Source: Candidatus Caldarchaeum sp. (GTDB taxonomy: Archaea; Thermoproteota; Nitrososphaeria_A; Caldarchaeales; Caldarchaeaceae). From it: a DNA stretch of 64,000 bases. The translations under genes and the position numbers were made by a program. Shown in pieces: positions 47,670-58,011 of this stretch. The notes below the pieces were generated by a model. The model made no database searches. It was not told where the DNA came from and saw nothing but the letters and a program-made list of their open reading frames with translations. Within the stretch, counting starts at the first letter, position 1. Every line of letters begins with the position of its first letter. The stretch covers positions 505 to 64,504 of the forward strand of contig JAWAFZ010000005.1 in the NCBI GenBank assembly GCA_038890155.1, given 5' to 3'.

Positions 47670-47826
47670 CGATAGTCGTCCGTCTACGACGTTTTAACCG
47701 GTCTTTAATACATATCGCCCCCACCCGCCTAGATAAACCTATTTTACCTACGGTGTAAAGGGTTTGACGGGCTGGCTTGTCAACCGCTGCACAGCTCTGC
47801 TAGCGTTTGTTTTGCCGGGGTGTTCT

Positions 47827-49089
47827 ATGTTGAACTCGGTGAAAAAGGATTCTGTCTCTCTGTACAGGTTCCGGCGCCTTCTGGAGTCAATCGAGAAGCT
47901 GGAGGGCAGGGGGACCGAGCTGGTCACCCTCTACATACCTCCAGACAAGTCGGTCTCGGAGGTCATAAACTATCTACGTCAGGAGTACGCTACAGCCTCA
48001 AACATCAAGTCGAAGCAGACCCGTAAAAACGTCCAAGACGCCATAGAGAGCGCCATCCAGAGGCTTAAGCTTTTCGACAACCCTGGCCCGACGGGCCTTG
48101 TCGTGTTCAGCGGAGCCGTTCCCCAGAACGGCGGGCTTACCAGCAAGATTGAGGTGTACCACATCATTCCGCCTGAGCCGATCACCACTTTCCTGTACCG
48201 CTGCGACAGCAGGTTTCACGTCGAAGGGCTGAAGGACCTGCTGAAGGAGAAAGCTGTGTACGGTGTCCTGGTTATCGACAACGAGGAGGCGGCCGTGGCC
48301 GTAGTCAAGGGCCGCAGCATCTCCCAGCTCAAGACCTACACCTCGGGCGTTCCCGGCAAGCATCACGCAGGAGGCCAGTCGGCGAGAAGGTTTGAAAGGC
48401 TTAGGGAGATGACGCTTAACGAATTCTACAAGCGAGTGGCGGAGAAAGCCAACGAGCTCTTCCTCCAGTACCCTGAGATGAAGGGGATTATCTTGGCCGG
48501 ACCGGGGCCTACCAAGGATATCTTCGCTCAAGGCGAATATCTACACTACACGCTTCGCAACAAAATCCACGTAGTGGACACCTCGTATTCAGGTGAGAGC
48601 GGGGTTCGGGAGGCTGTGGCGAAGTCGGCGGACTTTCTCCGTGAGCTGAGGCTGGTTGAAGAGCAGATGCTCATCCAGAAGCTGATGAATGAAGCCACTA
48701 GGCCGGAAGGGCTTGCGGTCTACGGCGAGGAGCAGGTTCTCGAAGCTCTCCGTAAGAACATGCTCGACCTTCTCATAGTCTCCGAAGACCTCGACAGAGT
48801 CGAGGTTATGATACAGTGCCAAAACTGTGGGTATCAAGAAACAACCATACTAGACCAGGACCAGATACAGTCGGAGGTTCCTAAGAAGCTTGCAGAGAAA
48901 TGCCCCAGATGCTTGAACCAGAGCCTTGCGCTCAAGCAGACGACGCTGATGCTCGACAAGCTTATCTCGGAGGCTGAGAAGATGAACGTAAAAGTTGAGC
49001 TTGTGTCGTCGGAGCATGAGGAGGGTGAAATGTTCATGAAAGCCTTCAAAGGTGTTGCAGGCTTTCTCAGACATAGGGGTGGGTATTAG
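47827..49089 (+). CDS. prf1: Peptide chain release factor aRF1
   Basis: NIKS and GGQ (HAGGQSARRFERL) motifs. C-terminal zinc-ribbon-like insertion CQNCG...CPRC. ATG 47827 preferred over TTG 47764. Confidence 0.9.
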   Translation: MLNSVKKDSVSLYRFRRLLESIEKLEGRGTELVTLYIPPDKSVSEVINYLRQEYATASNIKSKQTRKNVQDAIESAIQRLKLFDNPGPTGLVVFSGAVPQNGGLTSKIEVYHIIPPEPITTFLYRCDSRFHVEGLKDLLKEKAVYGVLVIDNEEAAVAVVKGRSISQLKTYTSGVPGKHHAGGQSARRFERLREMTLNEFYKRVAEKANELFLQYPEMKGIILAGPGPTKDIFAQGEYLHYTLRNKIHVVDTSYSGESGVREAVAKSADFLRELRLVEEQMLIQKLMNEATRPEGLAVYGEEQVLEALRKNMLDLLIVSEDLDRVEVMIQCQNCGYQETTILDQDQIQSEVPKKLAEKCPRCLNQSLALKQTTLMLDKLISEAEKMNVKVELVSSEHEEGEMFMKAFKGVAGFLRHRGGY

Positions 49090-49431
49090 ATGCTCGAGGA
49101 GAACTACCTGCGGTCAGCTCCGGAAAGGGTTAGGATCAAGCTGGTTCATGTCAGGAACGCTAGACCTGACGTGGTTTTGTCGAACAGCGAAGTTGAAGGC
49201 TTGCTAGAGGCTTTCGTGGAAAGCAGGCGGAGGGCTTCGACGGAGTTCTACCCCGTGCAGTTCGAGGCTCTGAACCCAACGCCAGTGGTGGCTGTAGTGG
49301 ATGCCGAGAAGCTGAAACGCCTAAACAAGCTGATCAAGCAGAGGACTGGAAGAGAACTCTACGACGCAGCGGCAGTCATCGAAGTCGACGGCGAGAAATA
49401 CATCATAGCAGTTGAGCATCACTGCGGCTGA
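49090..49431 (+). CDS. Hypothetical 113-aa protein translationally coupled to aRF1
   Basis: ATG immediately follows the aRF1 stop (TAGATG). No recognisable motif. Confidence 0.4.
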   Translation: MLEENYLRSAPERVRIKLVHVRNARPDVVLSNSEVEGLLEAFVESRRRASTEFYPVQFEALNPTPVVAVVDAEKLKRLNKLIKQRTGRELYDAAAVIEVDGEKYIIAVEHHCG

Positions 49432-50281
49432 CACTCCGCAGCAGATGAACGATGGACTTGATGCCTTCGAGGCTTAGGCCGTCGACACCAAGGTATCCAA
49501 GGCCTTTACGTGCGTCAACGCACCCCGCATCCACTAAAACCTTCATCACGTCGCCGATCTTGTCGACGACCAAGTCGAGCATCGACTCCTGCATCAAAGC
49601 CATCGTGCCGTAAACACCTAGGTCTGAGAAAGACGATACTACGAGAACGTCGCATCCTGTGTTCGACGCTATTCCTCCTCCGCACCTACATCTGCAAACA
49701 CCGCCGTACTCGACGTGTTTCTGCACAGCATCCATTACTAGACCCATACCAACCTCGTTCCCTCCGTCGCCAAACGCAACCAACGGAACTTTATTCCACC
49801 GCAGCCATTCAAGAAGCTTGTCGAGAGGGGCGTGCAGGCTCGACACATCCTCGCCAACTGCGTTGTGGTAAACGTTGAGCTTGTTGGCGGCAGGCCTCTC
49901 GATAGCCACGGAGAGGTCGGGAGACTCCTCTTCGACAAAGTTGGTAAAAACACGCCTCGAAAGTTCCGAGTCAGCCGGAAGCCCGATGACCCGGGAGTGC
50001 TTGACGTCGGCAGCTTGCAAACCCTTCTGCAAAACACGCTCAAACCCCTTGTCAGTGGCTATTACTGACTCGACGCCGAGTACTTTCTCGAGGCACGTGG
50101 CTAGAAGCGTCGCCGAGACGGGGCCGTCGGTCTCCAAGGCTGCGTTGAACCGGCGGATCCTGAAACCCGTGGCCAGCAGAGGCTTGCTGGAACGAGCCAG
50201 CTTCTCGGCAGCCATCAAGCATAATGAACCTCCGAGCTTCTCCTGTGCAGCTTGATGTAGATGCTTGACGACTCCTCGCAT
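49403..50281 (-). CDS. Conserved hypothetical protein (GDGGNEVGMG / CRCRCGGG motifs). N-terminus uncertain, possibly extending to ~50360.
   Basis: Long protein-like ORF. The upstream 50518 start would overlap the hisA start by 100 nt, so an internal Met at 50281 is given as the conservative start. Confidence 0.35.
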   Translation of the reverse strand: MRGVVKHLHQAAQEKLGGSLCLMAAEKLARSSKPLLATGFRIRRFNAALETDGPVSATLLATCLEKVLGVESVIATDKGFERVLQKGLQAADVKHSRVIGLPADSELSRRVFTNFVEEESPDLSVAIERPAANKLNVYHNAVGEDVSSLHAPLDKLLEWLRWNKVPLVAFGDGGNEVGMGLVMDAVQKHVEYGGVCRCRCGGGIASNTGCDVLVVSSFSDLGVYGTMALMQESMLDLVVDKIGDVMKVLVDAGCVDARKGLGYLGVDGLSLEGIKSIVHLLRSVSRSDAQLL

Positions 50282-50413
50282 GTTATAGTCCGTGGAGACC
50301 ACCAACTCCACCAAGCCAGCAGTGTCCAAAGCCCGGCTAAACCCAAGCGACGAGTAAGTTAAGATGTTTTCTACGCAACGTTTAATGCCTGACAGCCGAG
50401 ACCTCAACCCGGA

Positions 50414-51142
50414 GTGTTCACGGTCTACGCGGGGATAGACCTTTTCAACGGTCGTGTGGCAAGGCTTTGGAAGGGAGACCCGGCGAAGGCAACCTACTAC
50501 CCTTACGGCCCGTCCCACTACGCCAGACGATGGCTGAGCGAGGGAGCGGATGCCCTACACGTGGTAGACCTCAACGCGGCCCTCGAACTGGGCGACAACA
50601 CGGAAGTCATAACCAGCTTCGTGAAAAGCCTCAACGCATTCGTTCAAGTGGGCGGAGGAGTCCGGAGCCTAGCGAGGGCCACGGCCCTGAGAGATGCTGG
50701 AGCGTCGAGGATCATCGTCTCGAGCCTTTACTTCACGAGAAGGGAGGAGGCTCTGAAGGTTCTTGACATTCTTGGAGCCGAGCACCTCGCCCTGTCGCTG
50801 GACTGCCGTGAGGACTTTGTTGTGGTTCGAGGATGGAGTGTGAAGACGGAGACGAGGCTGGCGGAGGCCGTGGATGCGGCTCTGTCCGACGGCTTCAGAC
50901 ACATCGTTCTGACCGACACTTCGAGGGACGGAACGCTCCAAGGAGTGAACTCTAAGCTTGTACATGCGGTTGAAAAGAGCCACCGCAGCCACATAACCTA
51001 CGCCGGCGGCGTGTCCTCCGTCGACGACGTCCTAGCTCTCCGCCGCCTCGGATACGAGGGAGCCATACTGGGCAAAGCCCTCTACGAAGAAACACTCAGC
51101 CTCGAAAGGGTCAGAAACGCCCTCGAGCCGACGCTACACTAA
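50414..51142 (+). CDS. hisA: ProFAR isomerase
   Basis: GTG start. [15 protein letters not shown] matches (IPAIDL.dGk.VRL). Two-fold TIM barrel. Confidence 0.85.
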   Translation: MFTVYAGIDLFNGRVARLWKGDPAKATYYPYGPSHYARRWLSEGADALHVVDLNAALELGDNTEVITSFVKSLNAFVQVGGGVRSLARATALRDAGASRIIVSSLYFTRREEALKVLDILGAEHLALSLDCREDFVVVRGWSVKTETRLAEAVDAALSDGFRHIVLTDTSRDGTLQGVNSKLVHAVEKSHRSHITYAGGVSSVDDVLALRRLGYEGAILGKALYEETLSLERVRNALEPTLH

Positions 51143-51171
51143 ATAAACCCCGCCCGGGCTGTTTACCCGAA

Positions 51172-51936
51172 GTGCTGGCCAAGAGAATAATCCCATGCCT
51201 AGACGTCGACGCGGGCAGAGTGGTCAAGGGAAGGAGGTTCGTTAACCTCATGGATGCAGGAGACCCGGCGGAGCTGGCTGCAAAGTACTCGGAGGAGGGA
51301 GCTGATGAGCTTGTCTTCCTCGACATCACCGCATCAGCCCAGAAGAGAGAGATACTTGTGAGGGTCGTCAGAGACGTTGCCAGCGTCATAAACATCCCGT
51401 TCACAGTAGGCGGAGGCATAAGAAGCTTGGAGGACGCCGACCTAGTCCTCAGAAACGGCGCAGACAAAATCTCCGTCAACACCTCCGCAGTCAACAACCC
51501 GCAGCTGATAAAACGGCTGGCTGAGACCTACGGATCCCAGTGCGTCGTCGTCGCAGTAGACGCCAAGTCTAACCCGGAGATGCCATCGGGCTACGAGGTC
51601 TACGTCTACGGCGGCCGGTCTGCGACGGGGTTGGACGCTGTCGACTGGGCTGGGAAGGCTGCGGAGCTGGGGGCTGGCGAGATACTGCTGACGTCCATCG
51701 ACATGGACGGAACACGGCAGGGCTACGACGTCAACCTCACCAGGCTGGTGGCCGGCTCGTTAGATGTTCCCGTGATAGCGAGCGGTGGAGCTGGAGGCCC
51801 CGAGCACTTCTACGCCGTGCTTACCGAGGGAAGGGCCGACGCAGCGCTCGCGGCTGGGATCTTCCACTACGGCAGGCACAGCATCGAAGAAGTTAAAAGG
51901 TATCTCGCTGAGAGAGGCGTTGCGGTGAGGTTTTGA
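51172..51936 (+). CDS. hisF: Imidazole glycerol phosphate synthase cyclase subunit
   Basis: [34 protein letters not shown] and [11 protein letters not shown] motifs. Confidence 0.9.
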   Translation: MLAKRIIPCLDVDAGRVVKGRRFVNLMDAGDPAELAAKYSEEGADELVFLDITASAQKREILVRVVRDVASVINIPFTVGGGIRSLEDADLVLRNGADKISVNTSAVNNPQLIKRLAETYGSQCVVVAVDAKSNPEMPSGYEVYVYGGRSATGLDAVDWAGKAAELGAGEILLTSIDMDGTRQGYDVNLTRLVAGSLDVPVIASGGAGGPEHFYAVLTEGRADAALAAGIFHYGRHSIEEVKRYLAERGVAVRF

Positions 51937-52256
51937 GGATTGAGGAGCTGAGGTTTAAGGACGAGCAAGGCCTAGTGCCCGTGGTTGTGCAGGACGCCGA
52001 TACGAGAGAGGTTTTGATGCTCGCCTACGCCAACCAGCAGGCATTGCGTTTGACGATGGAGACGGGTAGGGCTCACTTTTGGAGCAGGTCTAGGCAAAGG
52101 CTGTGGCTGAAGGGTGAGGAGTCGGGCAACTATCAAGACGTAGTCGAGGTGAGGGCTGACTGCGACGGGGACGCCGTCCTCTACTTAGTCCATCCCAAGG
52201 GCCCCGCATGCCACACGGGAGCGAAAACCTGCTTCCACAACACGCTCAAACCCTGA
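51933..52256 (+). CDS. hisI: Phosphoribosyl-AMP cyclohydrolase (no HisE domain)
   Basis: [40 protein letters not shown]. Confidence 0.8.
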   Translation: MRIEELRFKDEQGLVPVVVQDADTREVLMLAYANQQALRLTMETGRAHFWSRSRQRLWLKGEESGNYQDVVEVRADCDGDAVLYLVHPKGPACHTGAKTCFHNTLKP

Positions 52257-52863
52257 CGATGCTCCGAAAGTTTTGGAGAATCTTCAACCCCGTCGATGAA
52301 GACTTCTCGGGGTGGAACTGCGTCCCGTAAACGTTCCCCGACCCGATCACCGACGGAAACTCCACACCGTAGGACGTCCTAGCCAACACCAAGCCAGAGT
52401 CCTCGGGCGAAGGGTAGTAGGTGTGGTTAAAGTAAACCCACTCATGCCCGACGCCTTCCAGAAGCGTGCTCGAGCCTGTTTTCCATATCCTGTTCCAGCC
52501 CATGTGAGGCTTCTTCACACCCTCAGGCAGGGAGACAACACGCCCCCTTAACAGAGAAAGCCCTTTCCCAGGGCCCTCCTCGCTCTCCTCGAACAAAATC
52601 TGCATGCCCAAGCATATTCCCAAGACGGGAATCCCAGACCTCATCACGTCGACGAGCTCACCACGGTAGGAGGAGATGTCTTCGGCGGCGGCTTGAAAGC
52701 TGCCCACTCCGGGCAAGACTAGGCAGTCGACTCCGCCGTGGAGCTTCCTTCCAACCTCGACGTCGAACCCAAGCCCCTTGAAAGCCTTCTCGACGCTGAA
52801 GACGTTGCCCACGCCGTAGTGGAGGACGAATGCCTTCAACCCGTCTCCCGCGACCCCGTGCAA
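52246..52863 (-). CDS. hisH: Imidazole glycerol phosphate synthase glutaminase subunit
   Basis: Class I GATase triad region GICLGMQ, plus HisH-like N-terminus. Convergent 11-nt overlap with hisI. Confidence 0.85.
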   Translation of the reverse strand: MHGVAGDGLKAFVLHYGVGNVFSVEKAFKGLGFDVEVGRKLHGGVDCLVLPGVGSFQAAAEDISSYRGELVDVMRSGIPVLGICLGMQILFEESEEGPGKGLSLLRGRVVSLPEGVKKPHMGWNRIWKTGSSTLLEGVGHEWVYFNHTYYPSPEDSGLVLARTSYGVEFPSVIGSGNVYGTQFHPEKSSSTGLKILQNFRSIVRV

Positions 52864-52933
52864 CCATATTACCGTTTCTCAGCGGGTGTTGTGTTTAAAT
52901 AAGCCGTTGCGCGAGGCAGGTTAAGGGACCGAG

Positions 52934-53911
52934 TTGGCTGTTGTAAAGTTCGCCATACCTAAGGGCTCGTTGGAGGCTGGGACGCATGAGATCCTGTCCA
53001 AGGCGATGCTTAGGCTTAGGGGGGTGGAAAGGACGTACAGGCCGGTGGTCGACGACAGGGAGATAGAGGTCAAGATCCTCAGGCCGCAGGAGATTCCTCT
53101 TCTGGTGGGCGGCGGAGCCTACGACATGGGCATAACGGGGGTTGACTGGATCAACGAAACTAAGGCCGACGTCAACATCTTGCTTGACCTAGAGTATGGA
53201 TACGTACGGCTTGTCGTCGCCGCTCCAAAAACGTCCAGCCTCTCGTCGTTGAACGAGTACGTCGAGGAGTATGCCATGAAGAGGAAACCGTTGAAGATCT
53301 CGACAGAGTACCTGAACACAACCGCCGAATATGTTTCATCGACACCGGCTTACAGGAAGTACTATGGGGGAAGACGGCCTTTGATTGTCACTCCTTGGTG
53401 GAGGAAGGGTGAGAACGAGATGGTGGAGATTTATCTTAGCTTTGGGGCGACGGAGGCAAAGCCGCCCGAGGAAGCTGACTTAATCGTTGACGCGTCGGCC
53501 ACGGGGATTACTCTTGAACAGAACAACCTCAGGGTGTTGGAGGTAATCTCCGAGTCGACCGCCATGCTTATCGCCAACAAACAGTCCTACGCAGACCCAG
53601 TCAAGCGTGAGAAGATCCTCGACATCATGACGCTGTTCAAAGGAGTGGTCGAGAGCAGCAAGAAGCTGCACATCTTCGCCAACGTGCATCAAGACAACCT
53701 TGAAACCCTTCTCAAAGCCTTGCCGGCTTTGAAGAGCCCAACGGTAAGCCAGCTATCCGACGAGGGATGGTACGCCATAAACACAGTGGTCTCCAAGACA
53801 GAGTTCCTCAAAATTCTGCCCACGCTTAGAAGGCTTGCTCAAGGGCTTGTCGTTCATGAGCCAAACCTACTCCTACCGCTCGAGGAGATACTTCAGCGGA
53901 GCGGTGGCTAG
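52934..53911 (+). CDS. hisG: ATP phosphoribosyltransferase (long form with C-terminal regulatory domain)
   Basis: KFAIPKGSLEAGTHEIL start. 325 aa. Confidence 0.75.
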   Translation: MAVVKFAIPKGSLEAGTHEILSKAMLRLRGVERTYRPVVDDREIEVKILRPQEIPLLVGGGAYDMGITGVDWINETKADVNILLDLEYGYVRLVVAAPKTSSLSSLNEYVEEYAMKRKPLKISTEYLNTTAEYVSSTPAYRKYYGGRRPLIVTPWWRKGENEMVEIYLSFGATEAKPPEEADLIVDASATGITLEQNNLRVLEVISESTAMLIANKQSYADPVKREKILDIMTLFKGVVESSKKLHIFANVHQDNLETLLKALPALKSPTVSQLSDEGWYAINTVVSKTEFLKILPTLRRLAQGLVVHEPNLLLPLEEILQRSGG

Positions 53912-53955
53912 TCCTGAGGACGGGGCGATCCTTCAGAGAAACAAGGGAGACAAGG

Positions 53956-54489
53956 GTGGAGGCTGAGGTCAACATCGACGGCGCAGGGGTTTGCAGCGTC
54001 TCAACAGGCTACAGGTTTCTCGACCACATGGTTGAGACACTAGCAAGACACAGCCTGATTGACATTTCGGTATCAGCCTCGGGCGACCTGCGGCATCATG
54101 TCGTCGAAGACACAGCGATTGTGTTGGGCACAGCTCTGGAGAAGGCCCTAGCAGACAGGAAAAGCATCAGGAGGTTTGGATACGCCTTGATCCCCATGGA
54201 TGAGGCGGTGGCATACGCAGCCGTGGACCTAGTCAGGAGGCCTAAGCCAGTCATAGACCTCAGGACGAAGGTGGACGTTGTCGAAGACATACCTGTCTCC
54301 GAGATTGTTCATTTCCTCGAAACGCTTGCAACCAGCATGAACGCAACCATTCACGTAAAAGTATTGGATGGGTCGGACGACCACCATAAGGTAGAGGCAG
54401 GGTTCAAGGCGCTGGCTGTAGCGCTGAGGCATGCAGCCGAACGCGACCCAAGAACAATCAGCGCACCCTCAACGAAGGGAACGATGTAG
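53956..54489 (+). CDS. hisB: Imidazoleglycerol-phosphate dehydratase
   Basis: RFLDHMVETLARHS and HHVVEDTAIVLG are metal-binding motifs of IGPD. Confidence 0.8.
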   Translation: MEAEVNIDGAGVCSVSTGYRFLDHMVETLARHSLIDISVSASGDLRHHVVEDTAIVLGTALEKALADRKSIRRFGYALIPMDEAVAYAAVDLVRRPKPVIDLRTKVDVVEDIPVSEIVHFLETLATSMNATIHVKVLDGSDDHHKVEAGFKALAVALRHAAERDPRTISAPSTKGTM

Positions 54490-54639
54490 ACAGCCGCCAC
54501 AGACGCCGTATAGTTGCTCAAAACCCTCTCGCATCCCAAGCCTTTAGAGACAGCCCATCAACTCTGCGAGGGGCACTAGCCTAGGTATGTTTTAATGACG
54601 CCTCCGTAGCTTGACGTGATGCTGGGATTTACGGAAACG

Positions 54640-54648
54640 TATTTATAC
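54640..54648 (+). promoter_or_regulatory. TATA-like box (TATTTATAC) ~28 nt upstream of ATG 54672
   Basis: Its position favours the ATG 54672 start over GTG 54660 for the binding-protein gene. Confidence 0.3.
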
Positions 54649-54671
54649 TTGTAGACCCGGTGAGTAGAACC

Positions 54672-56036
54672 ATGACAAAACAATCGGCCATCTCCACCAC
54701 TGTAGCCGCTGTTTTGATGATAGTTTTCCTAGCAGCGGGAGTCGCCGGAGGATACTTCGCAGGATTGTCATCGGCAACCGGCCAGGCCGCAACAAAGACA
54801 GAGTACGTGACTGTGGGAGGAACGGTCACCCAGACTCAGATAATAACGGCAGCCACCACGCTTACCCGGACGGTTGAGGGTCAGGCGAGAATAACCGAGT
54901 ACACGATAGGGTTTGCCTACGAGCTTACGGGTGCGCAGGCAAGCTTTGGAGTAGACATGCGGGATGCGGGCTTACTAGCAGTGGCTGAAGCTAACTCTTA
55001 TCTGGAGAAGTCAGGGTTCCCGGTGCGGTTCAAGACGGTCGTGGAGGACACGGCCAGCACCCCCGAGGGCACAGTAAGAGCCGTACAAAGCCTCGTCGAG
55101 AACCACAAAGCAAGCATCATCGTGGGGCCCATAAGCAGCCTCGGTGTCTCCGCGGTAAAAGGATACCTCGACCAGAAAGAAGTTGTTCTGGTGAGTTGCT
55201 GCTCAACAGCAGTCACTCTAAAGCTTACCAACGACTACATCTTCAGAGTCATAGCCTCGGCAGACGTCCAGGGCAAGGCACTGTCACGCAGCGTTCTCGC
55301 AGAAGGGTTCAAGAAAGCGGTAGTGATTTACAGGGCTGAGGCGTTCGGCGAATCACTGTTCCGAGAGTTCAAGAAGGACTTCGAAAGCGCAGGCGGGACA
55401 GTTGCTTCAGTGGCTTATCAGCCAGACCAGTCAGACTACAGCGCCGAAGTCGCTAAACTCAGCGAAGAAGTCAGGAAGAGCGGGCCCTCCCAGACAGCCG
55501 TTGTCGCGGTGTCGTTCCAGACAGACGGGCTACTGATACTAGGCGAGGCAAGGCTTGACGAAACACTGTCAAACGTCAGGTGGTTCGGCATCAACACCTT
55601 GAGAGTTCCAGCGTTCCTTCCACCCCAAGCCCCGGAGCAAATAGCCGAGTTCATGGTGAAGGTTTCACTGACAAGCTCATACACAGCGCCTCCCAACAAC
55701 CCGAAGTACTTCGACTTTCTCAGCAACTTTGAAAAATTCCACAAGCGAAAGCCCGGGCCGCAGGCCGAGCTTGGATACGACGCAGCATGGGTAGCTATCC
55801 TGTCGATTCTATCAGCCGGCACAGATAAAGGGCAGGTGCTGCGCGACGTGATCATACCCACAGCGAGAAAGTACATGGGCGCTAGCGGACACATATGGAT
55901 GGATGATGCAGGAGACAGAGCACTCCAGGACTATACAATCTCAAGGATTACCAAGCAGGACGGACAATTCAGGTGGATTGACATAGCATCCTACGATGCG
56001 GCGACAAACACAATCAAGCCACTCACTGGACAATGA
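54672..56036 (+). CDS. Liv/Amide-type ABC transporter substrate-binding protein with N-terminal membrane anchor
   Basis: N-terminal TM helix (AISTTVAAVLMIVFLAAGVAGG), Thr-rich linker, then type-I periplasmic-binding-protein fold. Confidence 0.7.
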   Translation: MTKQSAISTTVAAVLMIVFLAAGVAGGYFAGLSSATGQAATKTEYVTVGGTVTQTQIITAATTLTRTVEGQARITEYTIGFAYELTGAQASFGVDMRDAGLLAVAEANSYLEKSGFPVRFKTVVEDTASTPEGTVRAVQSLVENHKASIIVGPISSLGVSAVKGYLDQKEVVLVSCCSTAVTLKLTNDYIFRVIASADVQGKALSRSVLAEGFKKAVVIYRAEAFGESLFREFKKDFESAGGTVASVAYQPDQSDYSAEVAKLSEEVRKSGPSQTAVVAVSFQTDGLLILGEARLDETLSNVRWFGINTLRVPAFLPPQAPEQIAEFMVKVSLTSSYTAPPNNPKYFDFLSNFEKFHKRKPGPQAELGYDAAWVAILSILSAGTDKGQVLRDVIIPTARKYMGASGHIWMDDAGDRALQDYTISRITKQDGQFRWIDIASYDAATNTIKPLTGQ

Positions 56037-56956
56037 TAGAGCTTGCGGCGTCGCTGATCAGAGTTCTGCAGACCGGCGCCCTGTACGCCCTGATGGCTAC
56101 AGGGCTGACTCTAACTCTTTCAATCTTACGAATCCCCAACGTCGCCCACGCTGAATACGTCACCATAGGCGCCTACGTATCCTTTGTGCTTATAAACTTC
56201 GCAGGGCTGGCGCTCTGGCAAGCCATACCACCTTCTTTTCTTTTAGGGGCCCTTGCGGCCATCCTCTCCTACGTTCTGGTTTTCAAGCCGTTGCGAAAAC
56301 GGGGTGTTTCGATGTTCATACTCATGGTAGCCTCGTTCGCAGTATCCCTCATCATCCGATACATGATATACGCTGTTGTCGCCGCTGGAAACTGGGGGCT
56401 TGGCGTAAAACCAAAAGTCGTCGTGAACGTCGCCTACCGTGTTGCAGGCATAACAATAACCGACCTGTTTCTGCTCGTCCTCCCACTATCCATCGCCTTA
56501 ACGTCGTTCCTACATCTTTTCATGACGAGAACACGCACAGGCAAGCAGATGAGAGCAGTATCCGACGACCCCGACCTAGCCGTCGTGTCAGGCGTCAACG
56601 TCGAAAAAGTAGCCCTGATAACGTTCCTGATTTCAGGAGGATTAGCCGGCCTCGCCGGCTCCCTGTGGGTGGTTTTCACCCACGCCCACCCAGACCTAGG
56701 TCTAGAGGCCCTGCTGAGGATGATCGCGGCTTCTGCGCTGGGAGGTTTCGTCAGCTACCCCGGAACCTTGGCAGGCGCCTTCATCGTCACCTTCGCCGAA
56801 AACACGGTCATGGACTTCTTGAACAGGACGTTTGGAATAAGTCTAGCTTTCAAGCCGTTGATGCCCATGATAATCATAATCATCGTCTTGGTCTCTAGGC
56901 CGAGCGGGTTGACGGGTCTGCTATCCTCGAGAGCACAGACCGCGGTGAAAAAATAG
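56033..56956 (+). CDS. livH: Branched-chain amino acid ABC transporter permease (LivH type)
   Basis: ATGA overlap with the binding-protein gene. ~8 TM with the LivH EAA-like loop. Confidence 0.8.
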   Translation: MIELAASLIRVLQTGALYALMATGLTLTLSILRIPNVAHAEYVTIGAYVSFVLINFAGLALWQAIPPSFLLGALAAILSYVLVFKPLRKRGVSMFILMVASFAVSLIIRYMIYAVVAAGNWGLGVKPKVVVNVAYRVAGITITDLFLLVLPLSIALTSFLHLFMTRTRTGKQMRAVSDDPDLAVVSGVNVEKVALITFLISGGLAGLAGSLWVVFTHAHPDLGLEALLRMIAASALGGFVSYPGTLAGAFIVTFAENTVMDFLNRTFGISLAFKPLMPMIIIIIVLVSRPSGLTGLLSSRAQTAVKK

Positions 56957-56958
56957 GA

Positions 56959-58011
56959 ATGGACGTAAATCAAATAATATCAGTCATAGTATCGACTGGA
57001 AATTTTTACGCTATATGGATGATACTTACGCTTAGCCTAAACTACGAGTACGGATACAACGGCGTCCTGAATTTTGGTAAGGTACTTTTTTTCGGCCTAG
57101 GCGCGTTTGCAGCAGGGTTTATCGCCGGAAACTTGGCTAACCTGATTGCCAGCTCAACCATCGACGTGTGCAGCGCCGACGCTGTTCAGCTAAGGCTGGG
57201 GTTGGCGAAATCGAACCCCGTCTACGGGTTCGGGGCTTTCATCCTCTCGCTTGTGGCCGGCGCCTTGACCTCCGCTCTCCTCGCCTTACTTCTCTCCAAA
57301 TCCACTTCGAGGATTCGAGAAGGGTTTGTTTTGGGCATCGTGTTGCTTGCCGCGGGCGAGACATCACGGGTGGTTGTGCGAAACTACGAGCCCCTAGTTT
57401 GTGGCTACCACGGAGTCGTCGGGATTCCCAACCCGTTCATTTTTCTAGGCGACGCTGAAACAGCCGCCTATCTGATGTCAGCTTCAATATGGTCAATAGC
57501 CGCATTTAGTTATTTCATAACAACGAGGCTCACCGAATCACCCTACGGCAGAAAGATAAGGGCAATAAGGGAGAATGAGCTTGCAGCCGACAGCTACGGG
57601 AAGAACCCCTCGAGTGAGAGGCAGAAAGTCGTCGTCATCGGCTCTGCGATGGCAGGAGTTGCGGGAGTGCTCTACGCGTACTACATCGGCTTTGTTGCGG
57701 CCGATGATTTCACCAGCTTGAAAACATTCGACATCTGGGTGGCTATGATGCTGGGAGGGGTTGGGAACCACTTTGGCGCAGTTGTAGGCGCCCTGACAGT
57801 GACGTTGATTGACAGAGGGACGAGGATTCTGAGAGGCTTTCTTGCGAATTTAGAGATTCCGCTGGAGATGCTTTACCTGAGATGGGTGATAGTGGGGCTG
57901 ATAATGTTGCTAATCCTCCTGTACAAGCCTTCTGGACTGATACCCGAAAGACCGATAAAGACGCCGAGCCTTCAGAAAATAAGCAGATTACTAAGGGGGA
58001 GGAAGGAGTGA
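56959..58011 (+). CDS. livM: Branched-chain amino acid ABC transporter permease (LivM type)
   Basis: ~10 TM. Paired with livH. Confidence 0.8.
   Translation: MDVNQIISVIVSTGNFYAIWMILTLSLNYEYGYNGVLNFGKVLFFGLGAFAAGFIAGNLANLIASSTIDVCSADAVQLRLGLAKSNPVYGFGAFILSLVAGALTSALLALLLSKSTSRIREGFVLGIVLLAAGETSRVVVRNYEPLVCGYHGVVGIPNPFIFLGDAETAAYLMSASIWSIAAFSYFITTRLTESPYGRKIRAIRENELAADSYGKNPSSERQKVVVIGSAMAGVAGVLYAYYIGFVAADDFTSLKTFDIWVAMMLGGVGNHFGAVVGALTVTLIDRGTRILRGFLANLEIPLEMLYLRWVIVGLIMLLILLYKPSGLIPERPIKTPSLQKISRLLRGRKE

Noticed and set aside
47764-47826. TTG start of aRF1 at 47764
   Set aside because: It adds a hydrophobic 21-aa extension not found in aRF1. ATG 47827 gives the canonical N-terminus.
57882-58007. 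ORF-track start of livG at 57882, inside livM
   Set aside because: The N-terminal 42 residues are not ABC-ATPase-like and overlap livM. GTG 58008 with an upstream GGAGG and a GTGA overlap fits the operon's coupling pattern.
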